From a virus (lineage: Duplodnaviria; Caudoviricetes): 60,023 nt of DNA. Below the pieces are notes generated by a model. That model saw nothing but the letters and a program-made list of their open reading frames with translations. It was not told the origin of the DNA and ran no database searches. The stretch spans positions 1-60,023 of the IMG/VR virus record IMGVR_UViG_3300025280_000036; one strand, written 5' to 3'. A program made the translations under genes and the position numbers. Shown here one piece after another: positions 1-7,516 of this stretch. Each line of letters starts with the position of its first letter. Positions within the stretch are counted from its first letter, which is position 1.

Positions 1-133
1 TGAACCTTTTCCTTTCTTCACGATTATAATCAGCCATAGCATTGTCGAAGTTAATGCTTTTGTATCCCCTGAACGAACCGTCCGGGTTCTTCACTTCTTC
101 CATATCGTCAAAATTTTCTATTCTCGGTTTCAT
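1..133 (-). CDS. Hypothetical protein, N-terminal part (truncated by window edge), same as 57719-58072
   Basis: MKPRIENFDDMEEVKNPDGSF... is identical to the right-end ORF; GGAGG RBS upstream. Confidence 0.85.
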   Translation of the reverse strand, partial: MKPRIENFDDMEEVKNPDGSFRGYKSINFDNAMADYNREERKRF

Positions 134-153
134 GTCATGTCCTCCTAGTCGTT

Positions 154-243
154 CTAGTCGTTGAAATAAGTGATTGCTAAGGGAAGCAACACCACGCCCA
201 TTACAAAAAATGGTTCGGCAAAAAAATTCATAAAATCAATCAT
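154..243 (-). CDS. 29-aa single-TM micropeptide MIDFMNFFAEPFFVMGVVLLPLAITYFND
   Basis: GAGGACTAAACC-ATG start; the homolog at 58492-58590 differs mainly by synonymous changes. Confidence 0.8.
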   Translation of the reverse strand: MIDFMNFFAEPFFVMGVVLLPLAITYFND

Positions 244-246
244 GGT

Positions 247-909
247 TTAGTCCTCAGTAAGATCATGGCCCATAGCTATCAATGTTGGCCGAAAAAACCC
301 ATTGTTAAAGCGTGACATTTCATCTACCGTAGCTCCTGAAGCAATCGCTTCTGCTACTTTTTTCTTTTTTTCCTCAAAAGCCCGCTCGTGTGTCAATTCT
401 TGCACCCATTCCATCCACGTTCGCTCCTCAGAATAGCGCCATTGAATGTGGTTGCCCGAGGCTTTTTTTCTGCCGCCCCCGTCAAGGTGAATCCATCCGC
501 CTCGCAGAATCCCGGTGAATTCTTGCTGGCCCATCTTCGTTGGTCGGCGGCGCGATCCACCCCAAATCGTGAAGTGACCGCTTACCTTTCGACCTTCCTC
601 TGCCTTGGGCTTGCACTTAGCTGCGCCGCGGCGCTCATCACGTTCCGCCTCGGTCAGATCGTCCCAGCGTTCGACAAGGTATTCAACGTCGTAAAATTTG
701 ACCTCGTTGAACCAAGTGCCGCCAGAATGATGCCATTCAAACGACGGCCAGAAACCACTCTTGGCAAGGTACATCGCAAGCGTTCGTGTCTCCTTCCAGC
801 CACCTTCGCGCAGTAACTCGACGGTCCAGCGTGATAACGGGCGCACCCCATTGCTGTAGGCATCAATGGCGTTGTTGCTCATCCCAAAATCTAAGTCATA
901 GCCAGCCAT
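247..909 (-). CDS. Hypothetical early protein with a C-terminal 40-aa segment shared with virion protein 36430-38538
   Basis: GAGGAC RBS before ATG 909 (MAGYDLDFGMSNNA...); possible internal in-frame start at 414 with GAGGAG RBS. Confidence 0.8.
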   Translation of the reverse strand: MAGYDLDFGMSNNAIDAYSNGVRPLSRWTVELLREGGWKETRTLAMYLAKSGFWPSFEWHHSGGTWFNEVKFYDVEYLVERWDDLTEAERDERRGAAKCKPKAEEGRKVSGHFTIWGGSRRRPTKMGQQEFTGILRGGWIHLDGGGRKKASGNHIQWRYSEERTWMEWVQELTHERAFEEKKKKVAEAIASGATVDEMSRFNNGFFRPTLIAMGHDLTED

Positions 910-911
910 GT

Positions 912-1181
912 TTAGTCCTCTGAGTCGATTTGTAAATGGAGTTCGCCGTTGAAAAAAATAAACTTCGTGATCCATTTCGATTTTTCATGGTCAACAATTC
1001 TGTAGCCATTCTCGTCCTTTTTAAGCCGTCCATTTTTGTGCTTCTTGTACACATATTCTCGTTCCTGATACTCAAGCGATGACTCAGTGATCAGGTCTGA
1101 ATCTACAGTCATGCTGTACTTTGTCTGCACAAAATCCGCGACTGCCTCGATGACTTCGTAAGTTGATAAGCTAATTCTCAT
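912..1181 (-). CDS. Hypothetical early protein
   Basis: GAGGAC RBS, ATG 1181, directly 3' of the hammerhead cleavage site. Confidence 0.75.
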   Translation of the reverse strand: MRISLSTYEVIEAVADFVQTKYSMTVDSDLITESSLEYQEREYVYKKHKNGRLKKDENGYRIVDHEKSKWITKFIFFNGELHLQIDSED

Positions 1182-1202
1182 TTCATTTGTCCTCGTTTGG
1201 TT

Positions 1203-1267
1203 TTCCAAGACCGCTGACCTCTCCAGCGGTTTCGACTGATAACCAATCAGTTACTCGTCAGTTGGAA
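1203..1267 (-). ncRNA. Type I hammerhead ribozyme
   Basis: Minus strand: UUCCAA-CUGACGA-G(UA)ACUGAU-UGGUU-AUCAGU-C-GAAA-CCGCUG-GAGAGGU-CAGCGG-UC-UUGGAA. Canonical core, three stems, GUC cleavage triplet. Confidence 0.92.
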
Positions 1268-1421
1268 TTAAAAAATCTTGCTTATCAACCATTGCTTTGC
1301 ATCCAAGGCAAGTTATAGCGCCCCAAGCAAAGTGATAAACAATTGCATGATGCTCACAAATCGGGCACTGGATTGCTTTTCCGTTAGCCCCAGCCCGCGT
1401 GTATCTATCAACCTTTTTCAT
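1251..1421 (-). CDS. Small zinc-ribbon protein (56 aa)
   Basis: MKKVDRYTRAGANGKAIQCPIC...CLGC...FLIPTDE; GAGGAG RBS; homolog at 59631-59798. Confidence 0.8.
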   Translation of the reverse strand: MKKVDRYTRAGANGKAIQCPICEHHAIVYHFAWGAITCLGCKAMVDKQDFLIPTDE

Positions 1422-1466
1422 CACTTTCTCCTCTTGCCCTCTTGGTTTAGCCCTTAATGAAAAACA

Positions 1467-1495
1467 ATCCTATACGAAACAATTGAACATTGCAA
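1467..1495 (-). promoter_or_regulatory. Sigma70-like early promoter
   Basis: TTGCAA-17 nt-TAGGAT; identical in the right-end copy. Confidence 0.6.
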
Positions 1496-1513
1496 CCTGG
1501 TGCAACAAAAGTG

Positions 1514-3499
1514 CTAGCTGCAATACTTTGCGTAGCACACCGGTCCGATCCCGCGTTCAATCGATTCCTCATTCTCAAGATGGGTGTTGCAGAATCCGCA
1601 TGTGCCGACCAAGCGCCCATAAGCGGCAGCGGCAGCGACGTGATCCTCTACGATGGTTTGCAGTGCCTCACCGATCTGACCGCAATAGAGGCCACCGGGT
1701 CGCTGGTTGCCATATCGGTTTTGGTCCCCGTAGATGGCGCAGTCGGTCACAAACGACCAACCCGAATACTTGCCATCATCGACGTGCCGGATATAAACCT
1801 TCAGCCGTGTGTCACCACCCGGCACGGCGTAACGCCCTGAAGGTATCTGCCGCAGGTCGATCTCACGCACCTCGTCCTTAGCCTCGACGTTGAACGCTTC
1901 AGCCAGTTCCTCGATGGTTGGTGTACGGCTCACCGTTTGCGGCTGTGACACGGCCTCTGGGGACGGTTGAACGTAGGTGTCGAGCACGGTGTCAGTGATG
2001 CTCTGTTTACTCACCACCAATTCGATGACGCGAGCATCGAGCGAGTGATCGATCACGATGTGCTGACACAAAACGCTGTCACGCTGCCCAATTCGACAAA
2101 GTCTATCTTCGGCTTGATTCAGGCTTCCGCTGACCCAATCCAATTCTGCGAACACGCAAATGCTGGCTCGGATTAGGGTCAACCCAACACCCGCGGCTCC
2201 TATGGTACCGATGAACACGTCGGCTTTGCCGGATTGAAAATCGTCCACTGCGGCTTGCCGGTGATCCTGCGAATGCCCGCCATGAAGCGTCACCACGCTG
2301 CGCGAGTCCTCCAAGCCCTTCTCAATAGCTTCAACCACGTCATGGTGGTGGGCGAAAACCACCACAGGCTCATCGATTGCCAAAAGGTGATCGACAACCG
2401 CTGGCACCTTTGCCAGCGCGGTGGCGTGGCGGACCCTTGAGATTTCCTCAAACCTGACGCGATCACCCTTGCTGATCTCCAGCAAAGCATCACCCATCGT
2501 GGCAAACGACGCCTCATCGGCCAGCACATCGTCGTAGCCATCCGAAGGCAGCACGATCACTTGCCGACGTTTCGCTGGCAGGTCGGGCAGCACCGCTGAT
2601 TTTTCACGGCGAAGCATGATGGTTGAACGCAGCCGCTCGCGCAATTCATCAAGATTCGATGACCCGTCAAAATCCCAACCAAAATTATTTTTGTGGGCGT
2701 TGGCGTAACGCTTCGCAAAACCCATAAAATTGCCAAATTCTTTCTGATCTAAATATCCGGCAACGGGTTGGATTTCAATGGGCCTATTCGGTATCGGTGT
2801 CCCGGTTAAGGCGTAGCGTCGTTTCGCCTTGATTTTCAGCGCCACCTTGGTGCGGGCCGCTCGGTTGTTTTTTAGGAAATGAGACTCGTCAAACACCACA
2901 CAGCCCCACGTCCGCGACAACAGCGCCGATTTATGTTTGTTCAATACATCGTAGTTGATAATCACTATGTCTGGGTCAGCGGGGAACGGTGTTTTGCCGC
3001 CGTTCACCACGGCTATACAACGCGGTTCGGCCAGCCATTTTTCAGTCTCGCGCAGCCAGTTTATTTTAAGGCTGGACTTGCAGACGATCAAAACGGTCTT
3101 GGGCCGCTCAAGATTCAGCAATCCCAAAATTTGGATCGTCTTGCCAAGACCCATCGGATCGGCCAGCAAGACCGATTCATGCTCCGCCAGAAACTTGATC
3201 CCGGCGAGTTGGTAAGGGAAGTATCTCAAGCCGTCAGGCACCGGCACGTCGAACCCTGCGGGCGCTGTGATCGCTTGCGAATCGGCAATGATCGAGGCAT
3301 CGATTTTTTTATCGTTCCACTTGCTGATCTGCCATTCATCTTTGAATTTTCCGACCGAGTAACCGGCGGCCTTGATCGCCTGTTTTTCAGCGCGCCAGAA
3401 TGCCCAAAAGTCATCGGCATTTTCCGGCAGCGGTGACGATGAAACGGTGCGACCGTCGCCAATCGTTTTTGGTTCGGAAAATTTTAGTTTGAGTTTCAT
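1514..3499 (-). CDS. SNF2-family (HARP/SMARCAL1-like) helicase with C-terminal Zn-finger domain
   Basis: LADPMGLGKT, FDESH, LTGTPIPN, GVGLTL, QAEDRLCRIGQ; C-terminal CGFC...GIGPVC (DUF6011-like). Confidence 0.92.
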   Translation of the reverse strand: MKLKLKFSEPKTIGDGRTVSSSPLPENADDFWAFWRAEKQAIKAAGYSVGKFKDEWQISKWNDKKIDASIIADSQAITAPAGFDVPVPDGLRYFPYQLAGIKFLAEHESVLLADPMGLGKTIQILGLLNLERPKTVLIVCKSSLKINWLRETEKWLAEPRCIAVVNGGKTPFPADPDIVIINYDVLNKHKSALLSRTWGCVVFDESHFLKNNRAARTKVALKIKAKRRYALTGTPIPNRPIEIQPVAGYLDQKEFGNFMGFAKRYANAHKNNFGWDFDGSSNLDELRERLRSTIMLRREKSAVLPDLPAKRRQVIVLPSDGYDDVLADEASFATMGDALLEISKGDRVRFEEISRVRHATALAKVPAVVDHLLAIDEPVVVFAHHHDVVEAIEKGLEDSRSVVTLHGGHSQDHRQAAVDDFQSGKADVFIGTIGAAGVGLTLIRASICVFAELDWVSGSLNQAEDRLCRIGQRDSVLCQHIVIDHSLDARVIELVVSKQSITDTVLDTYVQPSPEAVSQPQTVSRTPTIEELAEAFNVEAKDEVREIDLRQIPSGRYAVPGGDTRLKVYIRHVDDGKYSGWSFVTDCAIYGDQNRYGNQRPGGLYCGQIGEALQTIVEDHVAAAAAYGRLVGTCGFCNTHLENEESIERGIGPVCYAKYCS

Positions 3500-3572
3500 A
3501 ATTTTGTCCTCTGGTTTCACCCAAAAACCCCAGACTGGCCGGGGTTAATAGGGGTGAATATGTCAACGTCGG

Positions 3573-3857
3573 TTAATTCTGCATATGCTGGTTTTTGATC
3601 AGGTTTTTAAGCACCCGAACGTCTTTTTTCACTCCGTCCACCTCGACCCGCAATTGATAGTAGGTATTTTTCCGGCTTTGCGTCATAGCCTGAGAAACGG
3701 AGACATCATCGAACTGATAATGATTATCAAATTCTTGCCTGCGACGTTGCCCCAGATTCCCATTGTCGCCGCTCCACATATAACAGCCCTTGTGCTTTTC
3801 GTGCGTCAGCAAGATATTCTCAATCTCACCAATTTGATCCTTTGTTAAGCTAGTCAT
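3573..3857 (-). CDS. Hypothetical early protein
   Basis: GGGGA RBS, ATG 3857 (MTSLTKDQ...), bounded by hairpin repeats. Confidence 0.7.
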   Translation of the reverse strand: MTSLTKDQIGEIENILLTHEKHKGCYMWSGDNGNLGQRRRQEFDNHYQFDDVSVSQAMTQSRKNTYYQLRVEVDGVKKDVRVLKNLIKNQHMQN

Positions 3858-3955
3858 GTCATGTTTCCCCTGTGTTGGTTTGGTTGATCCTTGCACCCCA
3901 AAACCCCAGACAAGCCGGGGTAGTGGGGGGGGTGAATATGTCAACCAGTATTTTC

Positions 3956-4120
3956 TTATTGATGCTTCCAATGCTCAGGCCATTTGATGGCTGCGTTCAA
4001 GGCTTTCAAGTCGCTGATCTTTGTTCTGAAGAGCTTTTTACGCATCTTGTTAATTGCCTCGTCAGTCCAGCCCTGTTCTCTTCGTTTCATCGTGATCATA
4101 AAAATTAATTTTTCTTTCAT
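3956..4120 (-). CDS. Small hypothetical protein
   Basis: GAGGAC RBS, ATG 4120, downstream of promoter 4156-4184. Confidence 0.6.
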   Translation of the reverse strand: MKEKLIFMITMKRREQGWTDEAINKMRKKLFRTKISDLKALNAAIKWPEHWKHQ

Positions 4121-4155
4121 GTAATGTCCTCGTTGGTTTGATTGAAATCTGGGAT

Positions 4156-4184
4156 AGCTTAAACGATACACTAGAACAAAGCAA
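4156..4184 (-). promoter_or_regulatory. Sigma70-like early promoter
   Basis: TTGCTT-17 nt-TAAGCT; same TTGCnn-TGTT start as the other early promoters. Confidence 0.55.
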
Positions 4185-4189
4185 CAACA

Positions 4190-4237
4190 TGAGAGCAGGA
4201 GTGCAGCGCGTGAGAGCAGGAGTGCAGCGCGTGAGAG
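4190..4237. repeat. 21-bp tandem repeat, 2 copies plus a partial
   Basis: TGAGAGCAGGAGTGCAGCGCG x2 then TGAGAG. Confidence 0.9.
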
Positions 4238-4409
4238 TATGAGAATAATGACCGGGTAAGGGCGGCTATCAATGACCCGGGCGGCTGTACTAGGTGAGAC
4301 TGTCCGGTGTTTGCTTGTTGCTTGTTAGACCGCCCCAGTGGCCGCCTATACGACGATCAGGCTGTACCCTATGGGTAAGTACCCCTTAGCGCGTTAAAAC
4401 CTTACAGGC

Positions 4410-4438
4410 AAAAAAAAGGGGCCGCATTAGCGGCCCCC
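4410..4438 (-). terminator. Rho-independent terminator
   Basis: GGGGCCGC-TAAT-GCGGCCCC followed by a T-run on the minus strand. Confidence 0.85.
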
Positions 4439-4454
4439 ACTGGTAGCGTATAGA

Positions 4455-4730
4455 TTACGCTTGGCTGGTCGGCGGGTTCAATAACTTATTGACCGCTCGC
4501 ATATTGACAATAGCGACAACAGCCAATGCCCGCGGATGCCGCTCAAACATCAACCGGATACGCTGCGGGTAGTAGCCTGATATGCCACGCACTATCCGCT
4601 CACAGTAAGGCGGCACTACGCGCCGGGTGGTGTGTGCGCCGCTACCATTGACCCACTCCGAAGTCAGGACAGCGCCGCCGCGGCTGTGCAATTCCCGTAT
4701 GGCGTCAAATTGCCTTTTTGTAATATTCAT
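4455..4730 (-). CDS. Hypothetical early protein
   Basis: ORF between a hairpin repeat and the terminator. Confidence 0.65.
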   Translation of the reverse strand: MNITKRQFDAIRELHSRGGAVLTSEWVNGSGAHTTRRVVPPYCERIVRGISGYYPQRIRLMFERHPRALAVVAIVNMRAVNKLLNPPTSQA

Positions 4731-4821
4731 CTATTGGACCCCTTTTGGTTTAGGTTACAAAATCTTGCACCCAAAAAGCCCGCACCGGGCGGGCTTGGTG
4801 GGGTACGTTGTAGCGTATAGT

Positions 4822-5565
4822 TTACGCTTGGATTGCGGTTCTAAAATTCCCAGCGCGTGAACCGTGAACAACGGCAACAATGTTTCGCTTGCTGCCATCG
4901 CATAACAGACAATCAATGCATTGAATGCCGGTTGATTGGTTAGGGCATTGCAGTTCGTTGTTTGTGAGCTTGTCGCCTTCCGCTGCTATGCGGAATGTTT
5001 TTGCGCCCAGTGATTGATACTTTTTCGCTTGTTTCGGACTATCAGCGGATACCATACACAGCGACAAAAACCGCGGATCGAATTGTTTACCAGCAATTTG
5101 GTGAGTGTACCCGGTATGCTCACTGCCCAGTTCCGTTAACGATTGCATGATTTCATAAGGCGCTGCCGCCGGGTCGCCATAAGCGCCTAACCTGATTTTG
5201 CGCCCGGTAAAATAGCGGCTATGCAATTGTGGATCGAATGCCGGATATTTGCCCGCCTTGTATGATTTATATACAGCCAAAGGCGCTTGTCCCAAGTTCA
5301 CATAACAAGCGCCTTTGTTAAAATGCCGGTGCAAACAATTCCCGCATATTGAAATATCAGCGCCTATTTTTGACGCTGCAACCGGGTCTATATCGCTACG
5401 CAGAATCCAAACCTGCACCATGTCGCCGGTTTTGTCATTGCTACTTTTCATCGTTGCTATAACAACAATAGGCTGCCGATCAAGCACGGAGGGTCCGGCG
5501 TACATCACAAACCCGCGCGTATTGGCGGGCTTGGGTAGTTTTTTCGGTCGTATCAATACTGGCAT
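4822..5565 (-). CDS. Conserved Cys-rich phage protein (possibly a remote radical-SAM/Fe-S-like fold)
   Basis: SSNDKTGDMVQ, CGNC...CY, RLGAYGDP, GYTH, CP...CIDCLLC; GAGGAC RBS. Confidence 0.75.
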   Translation of the reverse strand: MPVLIRPKKLPKPANTRGFVMYAGPSVLDRQPIVVIATMKSSNDKTGDMVQVWILRSDIDPVAASKIGADISICGNCLHRHFNKGACYVNLGQAPLAVYKSYKAGKYPAFDPQLHSRYFTGRKIRLGAYGDPAAAPYEIMQSLTELGSEHTGYTHQIAGKQFDPRFLSLCMVSADSPKQAKKYQSLGAKTFRIAAEGDKLTNNELQCPNQSTGIQCIDCLLCDGSKRNIVAVVHGSRAGNFRTAIQA

Positions 5566-5650
5566 GGTTTAGTCCTCTTAAAATGTGTCTATGGTTTCAC
5601 CCAAAAAGCCCGCACAGGCCGGGCTTGGTGGGGTACGTTTTTTTGCTCTT

Positions 5651-5947
5651 TTATTTAAGGTAATTCGGCCCGTATTGAGTGTAGTTGCGTCCATATTCGG
5701 CGGTCGATATATGGCCCCTTGCGTGCTTTGCTGGGCGATTCCAACCGGCGGGCATTAATAGATCGCCCGTTTTGAGATTGATAAAACCCCAAGCACTACC
5801 GCCATTGTTGCTCATAAGTCTGGCGTATTTTTTTCCATAACTTACGGTTAATTGCGCTTGTTCTTTCATCCAGTCGGGCGAATCGGCATATTTGCCGGCT
5901 ATCTCGCTATTGACGCGTTCCATAAATTCTTTTATCTGTTCTTTCAT
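5651..5947 (-). CDS. Conserved small phage protein
   Basis: GKKYARL...WGFI...GDLLMPAGWNRPAKHARG motif, common in phage early genes. Confidence 0.75.
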   Translation of the reverse strand: MKEQIKEFMERVNSEIAGKYADSPDWMKEQAQLTVSYGKKYARLMSNNGGSAWGFINLKTGDLLMPAGWNRPAKHARGHISTAEYGRNYTQYGPNYLK

Positions 5948-5950
5948 TGG

Positions 5951-6226
5951 TTATGCCCCCCTTTTTTGTAAAATCAGATTAACAATTGCCAGCCTTGCGG
6001 CATCGTCGCTTACTTTTATGCTCGTGATGCGAACATTGCCGTTTGCATCGCAATGCATGGAGTTCCCGTTTATGAACGCGGCTAAACGTTCCACCCACCG
6101 GAGCGGCGAGCGTAATGACCGGCGGATCATTTTCAGTTCCCACGTCGGTGTGTAGTACATCCGGTGGAAAATACCGGGGTGCGATATCTGCGAATATTCT
6201 AATTCTTCCTGTAATAATGATTGCAT
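5951..6226 (-). CDS. Hypothetical protein
   Basis: GAGGA RBS, tight packing with neighbours. Confidence 0.6.
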   Translation of the reverse strand: MQSLLQEELEYSQISHPGIFHRMYYTPTWELKMIRRSLRSPLRWVERLAAFINGNSMHCDANGNVRITSIKVSDDAARLAIVNLILQKRGA

Positions 6227-6312
6227 TGGTTTAATCCTCTTATGGTTTGGTTGATCCTTTCACCCAGAAAGCCCGGACGGGCCGGGCTTAGTGGGTGCGT
6301 TGTGGTGGGCGG

Positions 6313-6540
6313 TTAGCTGCTGGCGTTGTAGTTTTGCATTGCCTGTTTTGCGGCTTCCAGTGGCGTATTGGCTTCCCCGACTGCTACCACTGGCTGTCGG
6401 TATCTACCCGATAACATCAAAACAGAAACCCCTTCACATATTGATCCGACATATGTGCCAGTGCAGCTATCGCGTACCACTCCGACATGATGAACATTGC
6501 CTATAGAATCCTTTAGTGGATAGAGTTGCGGTGTGTACAT
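6313..6540 (-). CDS. Hypothetical protein
   Basis: AGGAG RBS before ATG 6540. Confidence 0.6.
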   Translation of the reverse strand: MYTPQLYPLKDSIGNVHHVGVVRDSCTGTYVGSICEGVSVLMLSGRYRQPVVAVGEANTPLEAAKQAMQNYNASS

Positions 6541-6563
6541 TTTTTGCTCCTAATAGTGTGAAA

Positions 6564-6851
6564 TTAAGCCGCGTTGCGGCCAGTGAATAATCGCCAGAGT
6601 CGTAAGCCGACCCAGACAACAACGAAAACTTCCAGACAACCGGCAGTGATCCCGATTGCGTTATCACGCAACGCCGGGTCAGCGATTGCCCCGATTGCAT
6701 CGCTCAAGGTGTTGCCGAGCAATGCCCCGAACAAGGCACCATTGACCCCACTGCCACCGAGCTTTTTGTCTATATCAATACCGAACATCGCGCACAGCGC
6801 GAGCACGCCATTATCCAGTAATCCAAATATTTCACCTTCAAATCCAAACAC
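6564..6851 (-). CDS. Membrane protein, TMEM65/VIT1-like
   Basis: FGLLDNGVL...GALLGNTLSDAIG resembles TMEM65 GFLDNAIM...AALGNLVSD; GGAG RBS, GTG start. Confidence 0.65.
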   Translation of the reverse strand: MFGFEGEIFGLLDNGVLALCAMFGIDIDKKLGGSGVNGALFGALLGNTLSDAIGAIADPALRDNAIGITAGCLEVFVVVWVGLRLWRLFTGRNAA

Positions 6852-6894
6852 TTAGCATCTCCTAGGTGGTGATATATATATAAATACTAAACCC

Positions 6895-6923
6895 AACATA
6901 ACCAGAACAGCCAAACAGTGCAA
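6895..6923 (-). promoter_or_regulatory. Sigma70-like promoter at the head of the early arm
   Basis: TTGCAC-17 nt-TATGTT with an AT-rich upstream tract. Confidence 0.6.
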
Positions 6924-6982
6924 CAGTATTGTATAAATATTAATACTGGTGAAAGTATGGATACAGCCACAAGGTGGAAATT

Positions 6983-7516
6983 ATGCTTGGAATCATGACT
7001 AAAAGTAAGCAGCAAAAACTCACGCCCAAACAACGCAAGTTCGCCGAGATGATCGCTTCGGGAAAAACGAACAATCTCAGCGACACCTACCGCGCCGTCT
7101 ACGATACAACCAGTGGGCCAATGTCGAACGCATCTATCCGGGTGGAAGCGAGCCGCCTAGCGGCGAACCCTAACGTTGCACTATTGGTGGAACAGATTCA
7201 GGCCCGAAAGGCTAAGGCTATGTTGGTTGTAGGGGTCACTGACCGAGACCGCGTTTTGACCAAACTCCGCCAGCTACTGGATGAAGGTACGCCTATGGTT
7301 GAGGTCGCAGCAGCACGGCTGCTTGGGCAGTCCTGTGGGCTATTTTCCACTGATATATCAATCACTTCCCAGACTCGTGACCCCGAAACAATCGAAGCCG
7401 AGTTGCTCGCCAAGTTGGAAGCACTGACCGGGCTGGTCACTGAGCCAGAACCAGAGCCTGAGCCGGTTACAGAGCCAGAACCCACACCAGCACCAGTCGA
7501 TCCCGGTCTGCACTAA
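6983..7516 (+). CDS. terS: Terminase small subunit
   Basis: LTPKQRKFAE...YRAVY...ASRLAANPNV HTH pattern; upstream of terL; PE-repeat tail. Confidence 0.8.
   Translation: MLGIMTKSKQQKLTPKQRKFAEMIASGKTNNLSDTYRAVYDTTSGPMSNASIRVEASRLAANPNVALLVEQIQARKAKAMLVVGVTDRDRVLTKLRQLLDEGTPMVEVAAARLLGQSCGLFSTDISITSQTRDPETIEAELLAKLEALTGLVTEPEPEPEPVTEPEPTPAPVDPGLH

Larger units (their letters stand above)
1..1645. repeat. Left copy of an imperfect terminal duplication (allele A of the early locus)
   Basis: 1-146 matches 57940-58085 with 1 synonymous SNP; 154-255 matches 58492-58604; about 1200-1645 matches 59577-60023. The genes in between differ. Confidence 0.95.
3518..6297 (-). repeat. Five dispersed intergenic hairpin repeats (3518, 3894, 4768, 5598, 6261)
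   Basis: Plus-strand consensus CACCCAAAAAGCCC-n-GGGCTTGGTGGGGT; on the minus strand a GC stem followed by a U-run, nested in an outer ACCC/GGGU stem. Confidence 0.85.

Noticed and set aside
154-243. Repeated promoter element
   Set aside because: The substitution pattern between the two copies is codon-synonymous, so it was reinterpreted as a small ORF
256-375. Diversity-generating retroelement TR/VR pair with 36901-37020
   Set aside because: Mismatches are not adenine-specific and no reverse transcriptase ORF is present
3518-6297. CRISPR array or integron attC sites
   Set aside because: Repeats are degenerate and separated by whole genes; no cas operon or integron integrase; no attC RYYYAAC/GTTRRRY ends recognised
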